Assembly (NCBI GenBank): GCA_963737065.1
Contig: CAVTRC010000001.1
Span: 2,368,001 to 2,432,000, forward strand
Length of the DNA stretch: 64,000 nucleotides
DNA from: Candidatus Eremiobacteria bacterium
GTDB lineage: Bacteria > Vulcanimicrobiota > Vulcanimicrobiia > Vulcanimicrobiales > Vulcanimicrobiaceae
Direction: 5' to 3'
Shown: in pieces, positions 1-9,542 of the stretch
Layout: each line of letters opens with the position of its first letter
How positions within the stretch are numbered: position 1 is the stretch's first letter
Notes under the pieces: generated by a model
What the model saw: only the letters and a program-made list of their open reading frames with translations
Database searches by the model: none
Told to the model about the DNA's origin: nothing
Position numbers and translations under genes: made by a program

Positions 1-2
1 AC

Positions 3-728
3 CGCTACGTCGGGGGGCTTCGACCCGCTCGCGCCAAGCTTGCAAAGACGTTGACGCGAGCAATGGTTTCGAGGCTCGTCGATTGGGATCTCGTCGCGGC
101 ACAGCGGCCCACGCGATACGTCGCGAACTCCGAGACCGTCGCCGAGCGCGTGCGCCGGTATTACGGGAGGAATGCCGACATTTTGCATTCGCCCGCGGAC
201 GTCGAGCGCTTCACCGTTGGCGAGGGTGGAGGCGACTACTTTTTCATCGCATCTCGATTGCTCCCGTACAAACGGATCGAGCTCGCAATCGACGCGGCGC
301 AACTCGCCGGCGTGCCGCTCGTCATTGCGGGAACCGGTCCGTCGGAGCGGCAGCTGCGCAACCGCGCGCGTGGCACGTCGACGACCATACTCGGCTACGT
401 TAGCGACGAGCGCGTCAACGCGTTGCTCGGCAGCGCCCGCGCGGCCGTTTTGCCTGGCGAGGAAGACCTCGGGCTCGTACCGATCGAAGCGGCGGCGACC
501 GGCCGGCCGACGATTGCCTATCGCGGCGGCGGCGCGCGCGAAACGGTAATCGAAGGCGTTACCGGCGAGTTTTTCGATGAGCCGTCCGCCGAGTCGTTGG
601 CGAACCGGCTGCGTTCGTTCGATGCATCGCGTTACGATTCACAGCGCTTGCGCGCGCATGCGGAAGACTTCTCACCGCGGCGATTCATCCAACGCTTCCG
701 AGCGATCGTCGAATCAACCCAAGCATGA
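3..728 (+). CDS. Glycosyltransferase family 4 (GT-B), 5'-truncated by window edge
   Basis: SRLLPYKRIELAI and EDLGLVPIEAAATGRPTIA (ExFG-x4-EA type) motifs; frame open to window start. Confidence 0.9.
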   Translation, partial: RYVGGLRPARAKLAKTLTRAMVSRLVDWDLVAAQRPTRYVANSETVAERVRRYYGRNADILHSPADVERFTVGEGGGDYFFIASRLLPYKRIELAIDAAQLAGVPLVIAGTGPSERQLRNRARGTSTTILGYVSDERVNALLGSARAAVLPGEEDLGLVPIEAAATGRPTIAYRGGGARETVIEGVTGEFFDEPSAESLANRLRSFDASRYDSQRLRAHAEDFSPRRFIQRFRAIVESTQA

Positions 729-1695
729 GGCGCGCGGGTTCGGTACGATCGATCCGCGCTGCACGCGCAAGCGATTGCTCGCGCATCGTTTCGCGCAGCG
801 TTTCGTCGTGAACGACGCGTTCGAGCGCGAATGCCCACGCTTCGACGTCGACCGGCGGCACGAGAATGGCGGCGTTATCACACGCTTCGGGTAGTGCGGT
901 AACATTGCTCGCGATAACGGGCGCGCCACAAGCCATTGCCTCGACCGCCATGATTCCATAGCCTTCGGCAAGGGATGGTATCGCGACCGCAAGCGCTCCG
1001 CTGTAGAGCGCGCGCAGTATTTCATCGTCCGCGACTATGCGTTCGTGCCGCGTGCCGCTGCGTTCGAGCATCCATTTGTCGTTCGCACTGATGTTTCCGG
1101 CAACGACCAGTTCGCAGTCACCGCCCGGAAACGCGCGCGCAAATGCGTGCACGAGCGTTGGAATGTTCTTGCGCTCCTCCGGTCCGGCTACGACGAGAAC
1201 GTATCCCGGACGACGATCCGTACCGACCGGCATCCAAAACCGATCGGGAACTGGGTGAATCACGGTAAAGTTCCCGACGTCGCATCCGAAGATGCGCGCT
1301 AGTTCCGTTGCGGACCAATGCGAATTGACGGCTCGGGCGTCGGCGCGCTCCATCGCGCGGCGGATCGGCCTTTGCTCTCGCCACCGTGCGACGAAATGGT
1401 GATGCGGTTGCGTGAAGGCGAACGCGTCGTGAAACACTACGGTACTTCGTGCGCGCGGAACATCGAAACGCATCGCATTCCACGGGAACCATACCGCATC
1501 GAACCTTCCGTGCACGCGCGTTTCAACCGCGTAAGGAAAGTCTCGCCGCAGGGCCTCCGCATGCGCCGGCTTGCGAACGATGAGCGCGACGTCGAGATCC
1601 GATGCACGCTGCCAGTCGGCGAGCACACGGCGCACGTATCGTCCCATGCCGCGGCGGTCGTCGACGAGATTCCACGCGTCGACGGCCAACCTCAT
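685..1695 (-). CDS. Glycosyltransferase family 4
   Basis: Start MRLAVDAWNL at ATG 1695; RKNIPTLVHAF and EGYGIMAVEAMACGAPVIAS motifs. Confidence 0.9.
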   Translation of the reverse strand: MRLAVDAWNLVDDRRGMGRYVRRVLADWQRASDLDVALIVRKPAHAEALRRDFPYAVETRVHGRFDAVWFPWNAMRFDVPRARSTVVFHDAFAFTQPHHHFVARWREQRPIRRAMERADARAVNSHWSATELARIFGCDVGNFTVIHPVPDRFWMPVGTDRRPGYVLVVAGPEERKNIPTLVHAFARAFPGGDCELVVAGNISANDKWMLERSGTRHERIVADDEILRALYSGALAVAIPSLAEGYGIMAVEAMACGAPVIASNVTALPEACDNAAILVPPVDVEAWAFALERVVHDETLRETMREQSLARAARIDRTEPARLMLGLIRRSLGSVG

Positions 1696-2450
1696 TGGGC
1701 GAGTTGCGGAGCGAACATCAGCGCAAAAACGGTGACGGCATTGAAAAGTCCGTGTGTGACCATGGAGCAGAACGCGTTGCCCGTTCGATAGTAGACGCCG
1801 CACAGGATAATGCCGCCGAGTGCAAGCGGGACGAGAACGAACGGATCGGTGTGCGCCGCACCGAAACAGAGCCCGCTGATGATCGCGCCCAGCCAAAAGC
1901 CGGCCCAGCGCAGCCCGATGTTAAAGATGAAGATGCGGAAGATCACTTCTTCCATGAATGGCGCGAGCACGATCGCAAAGAGCGCAAAGAGCCACATGAC
2001 GCGCGGTTGCCCGATCACCGCTTTGAACAGCTCGACGACGCTTTGTTCGTGCTTCGTATGCGTGAGCATCTGGATCAGCGATGCGCCGCCTTCGACGACG
2101 ATGACCATTCCCATCGCACCCAATACGGCGACGCCGAGCTGCCACGCGCGCGGCGCGTAAAAACCGAGTTCGCGCAGCGAGCGTTTTGAAACGGCCGGAA
2201 GCGCGGCGAGGATGACGATAACGGCGCAGCCTTCGACGAGCAATTGGACGAGAATCGCCGCAACGACGAATTGTGGGCCTATCGTTCGCGGACGATTCGC
2301 CAGGAAAAAGAACACAACGCCGATTATGCCGCCGACGATCGCCGCACCGAGCGCGGCAAAAATCAACAGCGCCGTCGGTCCCGCGAGAAAACTATTCGCC
2401 GGCCAACGCGTCCGAGAGCCGGCAGAAATCGTTGAGGTCGAGTTGTTCAC
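1692..2450 (-). CDS. CPBP (CAAX/Abi) family intramembrane metalloprotease; start approximate
   Basis: APFMEEVIFR, FGAAH and HGLFN motifs; multiple TM segments. Confidence 0.88.
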   Translation of the reverse strand: MNNSTSTISAGSRTRWPANSFLAGPTALLIFAALGAAIVGGIIGVVFFFLANRPRTIGPQFVVAAILVQLLVEGCAVIVILAALPAVSKRSLRELGFYAPRAWQLGVAVLGAMGMVIVVEGGASLIQMLTHTKHEQSVVELFKAVIGQPRVMWLFALFAIVLAPFMEEVIFRIFIFNIGLRWAGFWLGAIISGLCFGAAHTDPFVLVPLALGGIILCGVYYRTGNAFCSMVTHGLFNAVTVFALMFAPQLAQ

Positions 2451-3303
2451 CGCGGGACTCCGTGGAAAGCGAACTGGCGGCAATTGCTCGTGCAACGCGC
2501 GCGCGTTCGATTCCGAGCGCGAGCGTAAGGCTGTTTGCGAGCGTTTTGCGGCGGTACGCGAACGCACCGCGGACGACCTTCCTGAACCATGCGACGTCGC
2601 GCGGATGCACGGCGGGTTGCGCTCGACGCACCAAACGCACGACGGTCGATTCGACATTCGGCGACGGATAAAACGCGCGCGGTCCAAGCGTGAACGCTCG
2701 TTCGACATGCATTGCATACTGGACGGCAATCGAAAGACTTCCGTACGCCGCGGTGCCCGGTTTTGCGGCAAGCCGGTCCGCAACGTCTTTCTGAATCATC
2801 ACCGTGATGGCGTGAGGTCCAGCTTCCATTTCTACCAGTTCGATGATCAGCGGCGTCGCGATGTTATACGGGAGGTTCCCCGCGGCATACCACGTTCCGC
2901 GCGCAGCATAAGCGGCATAATCAAATTGCATCGCGTCGGCGTGAACGATGTGCGCAGCGCGCAATTCCGGCCGTGAATGCAACACGTCGACGAGTTGAGA
3001 GTCGATCTCGATTGCGGTGACGGCTGCTCCTTCGTCGAGCAAAGCGCACGTCAGCACGCCCGTCCCCGCGCCGACTTCTAAGACGCGCTGATGCGTCGTC
3101 GCATCCGGGTTTGCCCGTTCGGCGCGAACGACGTCTATGAGAGAGAGCCGCGCAATACGATGCGCGGCTCCGCTATCCATCAGGAAATTCTGTCCGAATT
3201 TTTTCTTCGGACGCAGCCCCCACGCGCTCAGTAGTGCGCGCGGATGCGTTTTGTCCCCAATCGCGGGTTCGCGATTCGGGTCTCCTTCATTTTGAAATGG
3301 CAC
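2392..3303 (-). CDS. rsmA: 16S rRNA m6,2A1518/1519 dimethyltransferase
   Basis: KKFGQNFL, VLEVGAGTG, GNLPYNIA, RRKTLANSL. Confidence 0.97.
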   Translation of the reverse strand: MPFQNEGDPNREPAIGDKTHPRALLSAWGLRPKKKFGQNFLMDSGAAHRIARLSLIDVVRAERANPDATTHQRVLEVGAGTGVLTCALLDEGAAVTAIEIDSQLVDVLHSRPELRAAHIVHADAMQFDYAAYAARGTWYAAGNLPYNIATPLIIELVEMEAGPHAITVMIQKDVADRLAAKPGTAAYGSLSIAVQYAMHVERAFTLGPRAFYPSPNVESTVVRLVRRAQPAVHPRDVAWFRKVVRGAFAYRRKTLANSLTLALGIERARVARAIAASSLSTESRGEQLDLNDFCRLSDALAGE

Positions 3304-3358
3304 TTAGCACTGCACTTCGTTCCGTGCTACGCGCGCCCCGCTGCGGCGGACCGAAGCT

Positions 3359-4408
3359 CTAGCGTAGTCGGTAGACGGTCACCGCGCGCCGGCCAAACTG
3401 CATTGCATCGGCATACGAATTGAATCCGAGATCGATCCGGTTACCGTGGATTGCGCCGCCCGTATCACCGGCGATCGCAAACCCGTATCCGGGAATATAT
3501 AAGCGCGTACCGAGCGGAATCACGCTCGGATCGACGGCTACGATGCCGTGACCCGCGGGGCGTCCGATCGCGGTCATGCCGCTACACCCGCCGCACGATG
3601 CGGTGTACGCCGTTGCAACCATATCCAGCGCGCTCACCGCGAGGCGCGATGTCCGTTCTATGCCGCGTGACGCGAAGCGCTGGAACGAAGCGTATTCACC
3701 GACCCCTACGGCCACAATGCGCGGGTGCGCTTGTCGAATGATACGCGATTCGATAATTTGCTTCGTGATGCGGCCGCCGTCGCGTTGCGCGAACGCAACG
3801 AGCATGTATCGGATACCTGGTGAACCTTTCGCGACCACTCGCGACGCGCCCGGATCCAGCGAAAAATCGAGACGACGTTCGGTCTTGACGCGAATCTTGC
3901 GTTTTTCGCTGCGCAGCCACTTTTTGACGCGCGTGACATTGATCGTCCCGTTCTGCGGGACCGGAGCGTTGGGCGCCGGGCTCACGTCGTCGTCGTTCGA
4001 AACGGCGATACTCTGCTCCGCGAGTACGCTCGCGACATCGCTTGCAGTCGTCGTAACGATTTTCTTTTGATGCGCGCTTTCAATAGTGACCGTCACCGCA
4101 GGACGATACGTTATCGTCATGCGATCGGAGATCGGCGTGTCGGCCGATGGATTGACGAAGTCATTCGCGCCGATCGTGATGCCGCGTTCCGTGAGGAAGG
4201 CGCCGACCGTCACGGCGGTAGTCGGATGCTCCGAAACGCTTCCGAGCGAATCGAACGTGACGACATGCGAGGCGGTCGCGGAAATGATCTCACCACTGCC
4301 CGCGTAGGCAGGTGCCGGGTGAGTCAGGAAGCCGGCCGTGACCAAGCCGGCAGTTAAGACGCTGACAGCGAGCACGTGGCTCAGCCGCAGAGGGCCGCGT
4401 CCTATCAA
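3359..4408 (-). CDS. YabE-like cell-wall protein (DUF348 repeats, G5, 3D domain)
   Basis: Signal/anchor; C-terminal ATAY...VAVDPSVIPLGT...AGDTGGAIHGNRIDL 3D motif; synteny with rsmA. Confidence 0.9.
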   Translation of the reverse strand: MIGRGPLRLSHVLAVSVLTAGLVTAGFLTHPAPAYAGSGEIISATASHVVTFDSLGSVSEHPTTAVTVGAFLTERGITIGANDFVNPSADTPISDRMTITYRPAVTVTIESAHQKKIVTTTASDVASVLAEQSIAVSNDDDVSPAPNAPVPQNGTINVTRVKKWLRSEKRKIRVKTERRLDFSLDPGASRVVAKGSPGIRYMLVAFAQRDGGRITKQIIESRIIRQAHPRIVAVGVGEYASFQRFASRGIERTSRLAVSALDMVATAYTASCGGCSGMTAIGRPAGHGIVAVDPSVIPLGTRLYIPGYGFAIAGDTGGAIHGNRIDLGFNSYADAMQFGRRAVTVYRLR

Positions 4409-4610
4409 CCGGGTTTCCTTTCCTGTCCCAGCCCCCGCAAAGGTTCGTATACCGTAGAAATAACGAACGAAAGCCGCGAGGCTCGACTAAACAGTTGGGG
4501 TAAAGTGGTTGACGGATCCCAAATCGGAAACGCCATTCCGGACCGTTGCAACACCAGGCTGGCGGTGGTCCGCTGGCCGCTCGACGGGCGAGCGGCGGGG
4601 TAACCCGGGC

Positions 4611-4620
4611 ACTATACCAT
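4611..4620 (-). promoter_or_regulatory. Extended -10 promoter (TGGTATAGT) for the 3D/G5-rsmA operon, implying a ~200 nt leader
   Basis: Reverse complement of actatacca matches TGnTATAgT. Confidence 0.55.
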
Positions 4621-4740
4621 GCCCGACGCGACGTTCGCCTATGCCGAAAGTCATAGACACGAAGGGACTGCCTTTGCACGGTGAATCGGCCTGTTCCACT
4701 GCCGTCACGGAGTGTCGTGAGTCGCTCGCATAGTTCGAAC

Positions 4741-5898
4741 CTGAGCGTCGGATTCTTCACCGAGATCTATCGCCCGGTCGTCAATGGCGTGGTCGAATCG
4801 GTAGACACGCTCGCTGAAGGTTTGCGTGGACGCGGCCATAGCGTGTACTGTTTCGCTCCCCAAATGCCGGGCTTCGACGGTGACGAGCGCGCGGTGTTTC
4901 GCATGCCGTCGTTGCCGCTGCCGACGAACACCCCGTACCGGCTGACGTTGCCCCTCGTGAGTCGCAGAAACGTCAACAACGTGATCAAACGTTTGTCGAT
5001 CGTTCACGTGCATTCGATGTTCGTAACGGGATGGATGGGATTGCGGTATGCGCGGCGTTATGGGATGCCGGTCGTCTACACCTATCACACCCAGCTCGAA
5101 GCGTACGCGCACTATGTCCCGTTTCAACCGCGAGCGACGCGATTCGCGGCGCTGCAATTGACGCGCACGTTTGGGAACCTCGTCGATGCGGTGGTCGTTC
5201 CAACCCCTGCGATGGCGACGCATCTCCGCGACATCGGCGTCGAAGCGCGAATCGAAGTCGTCCCAACCGGTATCGACGTCGAACGTTTCGGCCAAGGCCG
5301 GCGCGATGATGCGTTGCGTGCGGGCCTAGGCGCAAAGCTCGGCGATCGTGTGCTGCTCTTCGTGTCGCGGCTCGCGCGGGAGAAGAATGTGGAGCTGGCA
5401 TTGCGAGCGTTCGCGCAAACAAGCGATCCGGATCTCAAACTTGTCATCGCCGGCGACGGCCCCGCGCGTGCCGAACTCCAGACGCTCGCCGACGAACTGG
5501 GTATCGCGAAGCGCACGCGCTTTCTGGGCGCGGTCGCGCGCGACCAGCTGCCGGACCTGTATGCAAGCGCGGACGCGTTCGTTTTCCCCAGCACGACCGA
5601 GACGCAGGGGCTCGTACAGGCGGAAGCGCTCGCTGCCGGCGCGTACGTGATTTCGGCGGATGCCGCATCGAACCGCGAGGTCCTCGGCAGCGCAGGGCGC
5701 ATCGTCGAGCCGACGGTCGCCGGATTCGCGACGGCGATGCAAGAGACGCCCGCAGCACCGAGCCAACCATCGATTCAATGCGCTCGCAGCGCAGCCGCGC
5801 GGTTCGCGGTCGGCCATCAAGTCGACCGCATCATCGAGATCTACGCGAGCCTGCTCGAACGCGTGCCCACTGGGACGCACAGCACCCAAACGGCTTGA
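4741..5898 (+). CDS. GT4 glycosyltransferase (diacylglycerol glycosyltransferase-like); probable CTG start at 4741, alternative GTG 4717
   Basis: VGFFTEIYRPVVNGV, TYHTQ, SRLAREKN, ETQGLVQAEALAAG. Confidence 0.9.
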   Translation: MSVGFFTEIYRPVVNGVVESVDTLAEGLRGRGHSVYCFAPQMPGFDGDERAVFRMPSLPLPTNTPYRLTLPLVSRRNVNNVIKRLSIVHVHSMFVTGWMGLRYARRYGMPVVYTYHTQLEAYAHYVPFQPRATRFAALQLTRTFGNLVDAVVVPTPAMATHLRDIGVEARIEVVPTGIDVERFGQGRRDDALRAGLGAKLGDRVLLFVSRLAREKNVELALRAFAQTSDPDLKLVIAGDGPARAELQTLADELGIAKRTRFLGAVARDQLPDLYASADAFVFPSTTETQGLVQAEALAAGAYVISADAASNREVLGSAGRIVEPTVAGFATAMQETPAAPSQPSIQCARSAAARFAVGHQVDRIIEIYASLLERVPTGTHSTQTA

Positions 5899-5924
5899 CG
5901 GATCGAACATCTGTTCGATACAAT
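5895..5924 (+). promoter_or_regulatory. Sigma70 promoter with LexA (Cheo-type) SOS box in the spacer
   Basis: TTGACG 5895-5900, TACAAT 5919-5924, CGAAC-ATCT-GTTCG 5904-5917. Confidence 0.8.
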
Positions 5925-5930
5925 CGACCC

Positions 5931-6329
5931 ATGCTTCAGGTGCAACTCGGCTATGCTGCCGACGAGGTAGGAAACGGAGTCGCCTATGCGCGCCTGCGCT
6001 CGCGGACGGGAGAGCGGCTTGTGCGAGCCGGCTTCCGCGTCCAACGGTTTGCCGGTCTCGATGACCGTGAGGTCGCATACGCAGCGTTGACGGTAGTCGC
6101 GACGCTTTTGTCCGAGCGCGGTGTTGACCGCGCGGCGTTCCTCGTACCGAATGACGCGCTGGTGAGCGACCGTAACGAACATCGGGACGTCCCTTCGCCC
6201 GTCGTTCTCCCGTACGTCCGGCTTGGCTGTGCGCTCAACCGCTTCAAGGCGTATACCCTCGCCTTTGGTGACGATCCGGATATCGCGCAACGCGCCCGCG
6301 CGGAGGTTGCTCTAAACCCGGCCGCCTAA
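5931..6329 (+). CDS. Hypothetical protein, degenerate RNase H-like pattern, probably leaderless
   Basis: ATG 6 nt after the -10 box; GNGVAYA...REVAYAAL...FLVPNDALV...LNRF...DIAQRARA parallels the RNase HI layout. Confidence 0.65.
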   Translation: MLQVQLGYAADEVGNGVAYARLRSRTGERLVRAGFRVQRFAGLDDREVAYAALTVVATLLSERGVDRAAFLVPNDALVSDRNEHRDVPSPVVLPYVRLGCALNRFKAYTLAFGDDPDIAQRARAEVALNPAA

Positions 6330-6338
6330 ATCGGCGGC

Positions 6339-6938
6339 GTGCAATTTGAGCGGACGTATCCGTCGGAGCTGCCCGTTGGAACCGAAGAGCTCGCTCGTGC
6401 GTTACTCGGAATGGTCCTCGTTCGCGATAGCGACGAGGGGCGTTCCGCGGGACGTATCGTCGAGACGGAGGCATACGTCATCGGCGATCCGGCATCGCAC
6501 GCATATATCGGTCCGCGTCAACGCAATGCATCGATGTTTCTCGAGCCGTTTCATTCATATGTCTATCTCATTTACGGCACGAACTTCTGCTTTAATGTAA
6601 CGAGCGAAGCGCGCGGTGAAGGCGCCGCGGTGTTAGTTCGCGCGTTGGAGCCGCTCGACGGAATTGCGTTGATGGAGCGACGGCGGCAAACGGACTCGCT
6701 GCGCGATTTATGCCGCGGTCCCGGACGTCTCGCGCAGGCGCTCGACATCGACCGCTCGCTCGATGGACGGCAACTGTTGACCGATCGGGATCTCTGGCTT
6801 GCACGTCGGAATCGCGCACCGGGAGCAATCGGCGTCAGCCCCCGTATCGGAATCACGCGCGCCGCGCACCGCCGCTTGCGGTTCTATGAACGAGGGAGCC
6901 CGTATGTCAGCGGGCCGCGAACGCTCTCGCCACCGTAA
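6339..6938 (+). CDS. DNA-3-methyladenine glycosylase (MPG/AAG family)
   Basis: GRIVETEAY, DPASHAY, YVYLIYG, AVLVRALEP, GPGRLAQAL, SPRIGIT. Confidence 0.95.
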   Translation: MQFERTYPSELPVGTEELARALLGMVLVRDSDEGRSAGRIVETEAYVIGDPASHAYIGPRQRNASMFLEPFHSYVYLIYGTNFCFNVTSEARGEGAAVLVRALEPLDGIALMERRRQTDSLRDLCRGPGRLAQALDIDRSLDGRQLLTDRDLWLARRNRAPGAIGVSPRIGITRAAHRRLRFYERGSPYVSGPRTLSPP

Positions 6939-6956
6939 CAACCCCCAAATCGTCCC

Positions 6957-6985
6957 TTGATAGGTCGCAACGCTCATGCTATAGT
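6957..6985 (+). promoter_or_regulatory. Sigma70 promoter of rho
   Basis: TTGATA-17bp-TATAGT with TG extension. Confidence 0.65.
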
Positions 6986-7095
6986 GAGCACGTTTAATCC
7001 CCTCGTACACAACGATCGATGCTCGTTGGCAGCCTCGCCAATGATATAGCGTCGGTAAATCGTCCTGTGCACGGCTCTACGAGAGAGACAGTCCT

Positions 7096-8545
7096 CTGCA
7101 AACGGAACATCGCCCAAACGAAAATGGCCGGCCGCAAGGCGGCGGTGGTCGCCGCCGCCGCTCGCGCCGCCGCCACGGATTCAATCCGCAATATCAAAAT
7201 CACAACGACCAGTTTCCGGCAATTGAAACCGGGCCGCCGATGTTGGCTGCGGCCGACCTTGAAGGCAAAAAGAAAGCCGAATTAATCGAGATCGCGCAAG
7301 CAACACGAAGTTGCGCTCGGCAACCCGACGACGATGAAGAAAGACGAAATCGTCGCCGCCATTCTTGCTGCGCAACAACAACGCTCAGGCCTCGAAATGG
7401 CGAGCGGCATTCTCGACATCTTACCGGAAGGTTACGGATTTTTACGGCGCGGCGGATACGTCATCGGCAACGACGACATCTACGTCAGCCAGTCGCAGAT
7501 TCGACGTTTCGAATTGCGCCGCGGCGATATGGTTGAAGGTCAAGTACGCCGACCGAAAGAGAGCGAAAAGTACTACGGACTCATTCGCGTCGATAAGGTC
7601 AACGGTTTCGAACCTGACGCGATCAAAGGCCGCCCGGTCTTTGAAAAAGGCACGCCGATCTTTCCGGAAGAGCGATACAAACTTGAAAATCGCTCCACGC
7701 AACTGTCGACGCGCGTGATCGACCTGTTCTGTCCGATCGGTAAAGGACAGCGCGCGCTCATCGTCTCGCCGCCGAAGGCCGGCAAGACGACGCTGCTCAA
7801 GAACATCGCGCAAGGCATTTCGATCAATCATCCGGAGGCGCACATCATCGCATTGCTCGTCGACGAGCGCCCGGAAGAAGTCACCGACATGCAGCGTACG
7901 ATCGACGGCGAAGTCGTCGCCTCCACGTTCGACGAACATCCCGAGAATCACACGGCCGTTGCCGAGCTTGCGATGGAACGAGCGAAGCGTCTCGTCGAGC
8001 TCGGCAAAGACGTCGTCATACTCCTCGACTCGATTACGCGTCTCGCGCGTGCGTATAACCAGGTCGTTCCGACCTCGGGACGCACGCTGTCCGGCGGTCT
8101 TGATACCGCGTCGCTCCACAAACCGAAGCGCTTCTTCGGCGCGGCGCGCAAGATCGAGAACGGTGGATCGCTTACGATCATCGGCACCGCGCTCGTCGAG
8201 ACCGGTTCGAAGATGGACGACGTGATTTTCGAAGAGTTCAAAGGCACGGGCAACATGGAGCTGAACCTGACCCGTAAGCTGGCCGAATCGCGCGTCTTCC
8301 CCGCGGTCGACATCAAGCGTTCGGGTACGCGTCGCGAAGAGCTCTTGCTCACGACCGAGGAGATGCGCAAAGTGTGGATGTTGCGCCGCGTAAGCGCAGC
8401 ACTCAACACGGGCGACATCACCGAAATGATCCTCGAGAAGATGGCGCAGACGCGCAACAACGACGAGTTCTTGCAATCGGTCACGAAAGAAGCACTCTCG
8501 ATGTCCCGCGGCTACGAAGAAAACGGCTCTAACGGCCGCTACTAA
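7096..8545 (+). CDS. rho: Transcription termination factor Rho; probable CTG start at 7096, +1 frameshift near 7297 (likely sequencing indel); intact core 7334-8545
   Basis: GYGFLR, DIYVSQSQIRRF, PPKAGKT, LLVDERPEEVTD, EFKGTGNMEL; Rho_N helix LEGKKKAELIEIA lies in the adjacent frame. Confidence 0.96.
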
Positions 8546-8563
8546 CCGCGGAACGGGACAATG

Positions 8564-8597
8564 AAAGGCGGGCCGGCGGTGCCCGTCTTTTTTCTTT
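8564..8597 (+). terminator. Intrinsic terminator after rho
   Basis: aaaggcgggc/gcccgtcttt stem followed by T tract. Confidence 0.8.
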
Positions 8598-8666
8598 ATC
8601 AAGGCCTCGAAAGCGGACGCGAATAACATTCGCGGTCAGGAGTGCCTGTGATGGGGAGCCGAACCG

Positions 8667-8831
8667 ATGCTAGTGATCGTCACGTGCGTTCTTATAATGG
8701 TCGTTATTATTGGTATGATGGCTGCTGCCACATCGCGACGCGGAATGCGACGCGGCGCTCGCGACGATGTCGGCCCGGAGACGAATCTCAACATCCGAGC
8801 CCTGATCGACGACTCGTGGAACAAACATTGA
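8667..8831 (+). CDS. 54-aa single-pass membrane small protein (absent from ORF track)
   Basis: GGGGAG SD, ATG 8667, MLVIVTCVLIMVVIIGMMAAATSRRGMRRG...; stop overlaps next gene. Confidence 0.55.
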   Translation: MLVIVTCVLIMVVIIGMMAAATSRRGMRRGARDDVGPETNLNIRALIDDSWNKH

Positions 8832-9349
8832 CGATTGACGCCGGCAACTGCATCCTTCGGCCGTTTCGCGAAACCGACGTTGAACGACTGGCAGAGATTG
8901 CGAACGACGCCGACGTGGCGCGCTACATGGCGGATCGGTTCCCGAATCCGTATACGCTCGAAGACGCGCGTTGGTGGATTCACTCGCATCTCGCTTCGAC
9001 CTCGATGAACAACTTCGCGATTGAGGCCGGCGGAGAACTCGTGGGCGGCATCGGTATGGATCCGCTCGACGCGGAACGCCGCGTCGGGGCGCAGTTTGGC
9101 TACTGGCTAGGCACCGCGTACAGGCGGCGCGGTATAGCGACCGCAGCGGTCAACGCGTTCACGAATTATGCGATGAACGAGCGGCGCTTCATCCGACTCG
9201 AAGCCGCCGTGTATGCGCCGAACGTTCCGTCGATGCGCGTGCTGGAGCGCTGCGGGTATACGTTCGAAGGCATCATGCGCAGCGCGATCATCAAGCGCGA
9301 TGAAATACTCGATGCGCATCTGTACGCCAAAGTAAGACGGCGTGCGTAG
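8816..9349 (+). CDS. GNAT N-acetyltransferase, RimJ/RimL family
   Basis: FPNPYTLEDA, GYWLGTAYRRRGIAT, NVPSMRVLERCGYTFEG. Confidence 0.92.
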   Translation: MEQTLTIDAGNCILRPFRETDVERLAEIANDADVARYMADRFPNPYTLEDARWWIHSHLASTSMNNFAIEAGGELVGGIGMDPLDAERRVGAQFGYWLGTAYRRRGIATAAVNAFTNYAMNERRFIRLEAAVYAPNVPSMRVLERCGYTFEGIMRSAIIKRDEILDAHLYAKVRRRA

Positions 9350-9541
9350 GCCGGTTGCGTCGATGCGATTTCGTTGGTCGGCTTCTACGGTGTCTTCACC
9401 GCAAACATGACGTGCAACGCCGTGCGCCTGGGGATCGCCATCGCCTCGCACCTCGGCAATCTGCCGGCGACGCTCGGCATCGCCGTGCCGGTCTTCGGGA
9501 TTGCACCGTGGCTTGCGAGCAGGTCCGCGGAAAGATCGTAA
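9350..9541 (+). pseudogene. YoaK/DUF1275 family membrane protein remnant
   Basis: AGCVDAISLVGFYGVFTANMTCNAVRLG resembles AGxVDA...VFTANMTGN; no start codon before the motif, truncated. Confidence 0.55.
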
Positions 9542-9542
9542 C

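Noticed and set aside
2691..2704. GAAC-N4-GTTC inside rsmA
   Set aside because: Inside a CDS with no associated promoter; probably chance
4540..4610. Possible c-di-GMP-I or ydaO riboswitch
   Set aside because: gcggggtaacc is only a partial resemblance; the core consensus elements were not found in order
7442..8629. Long antisense ORFs opposite rho (also opposite accC 24639-26348, infB 44634-45740 and others)
   Set aside because: Shadow frames caused by GC-rich codon bias; no motifs, and they overlap clear genes on the other strand
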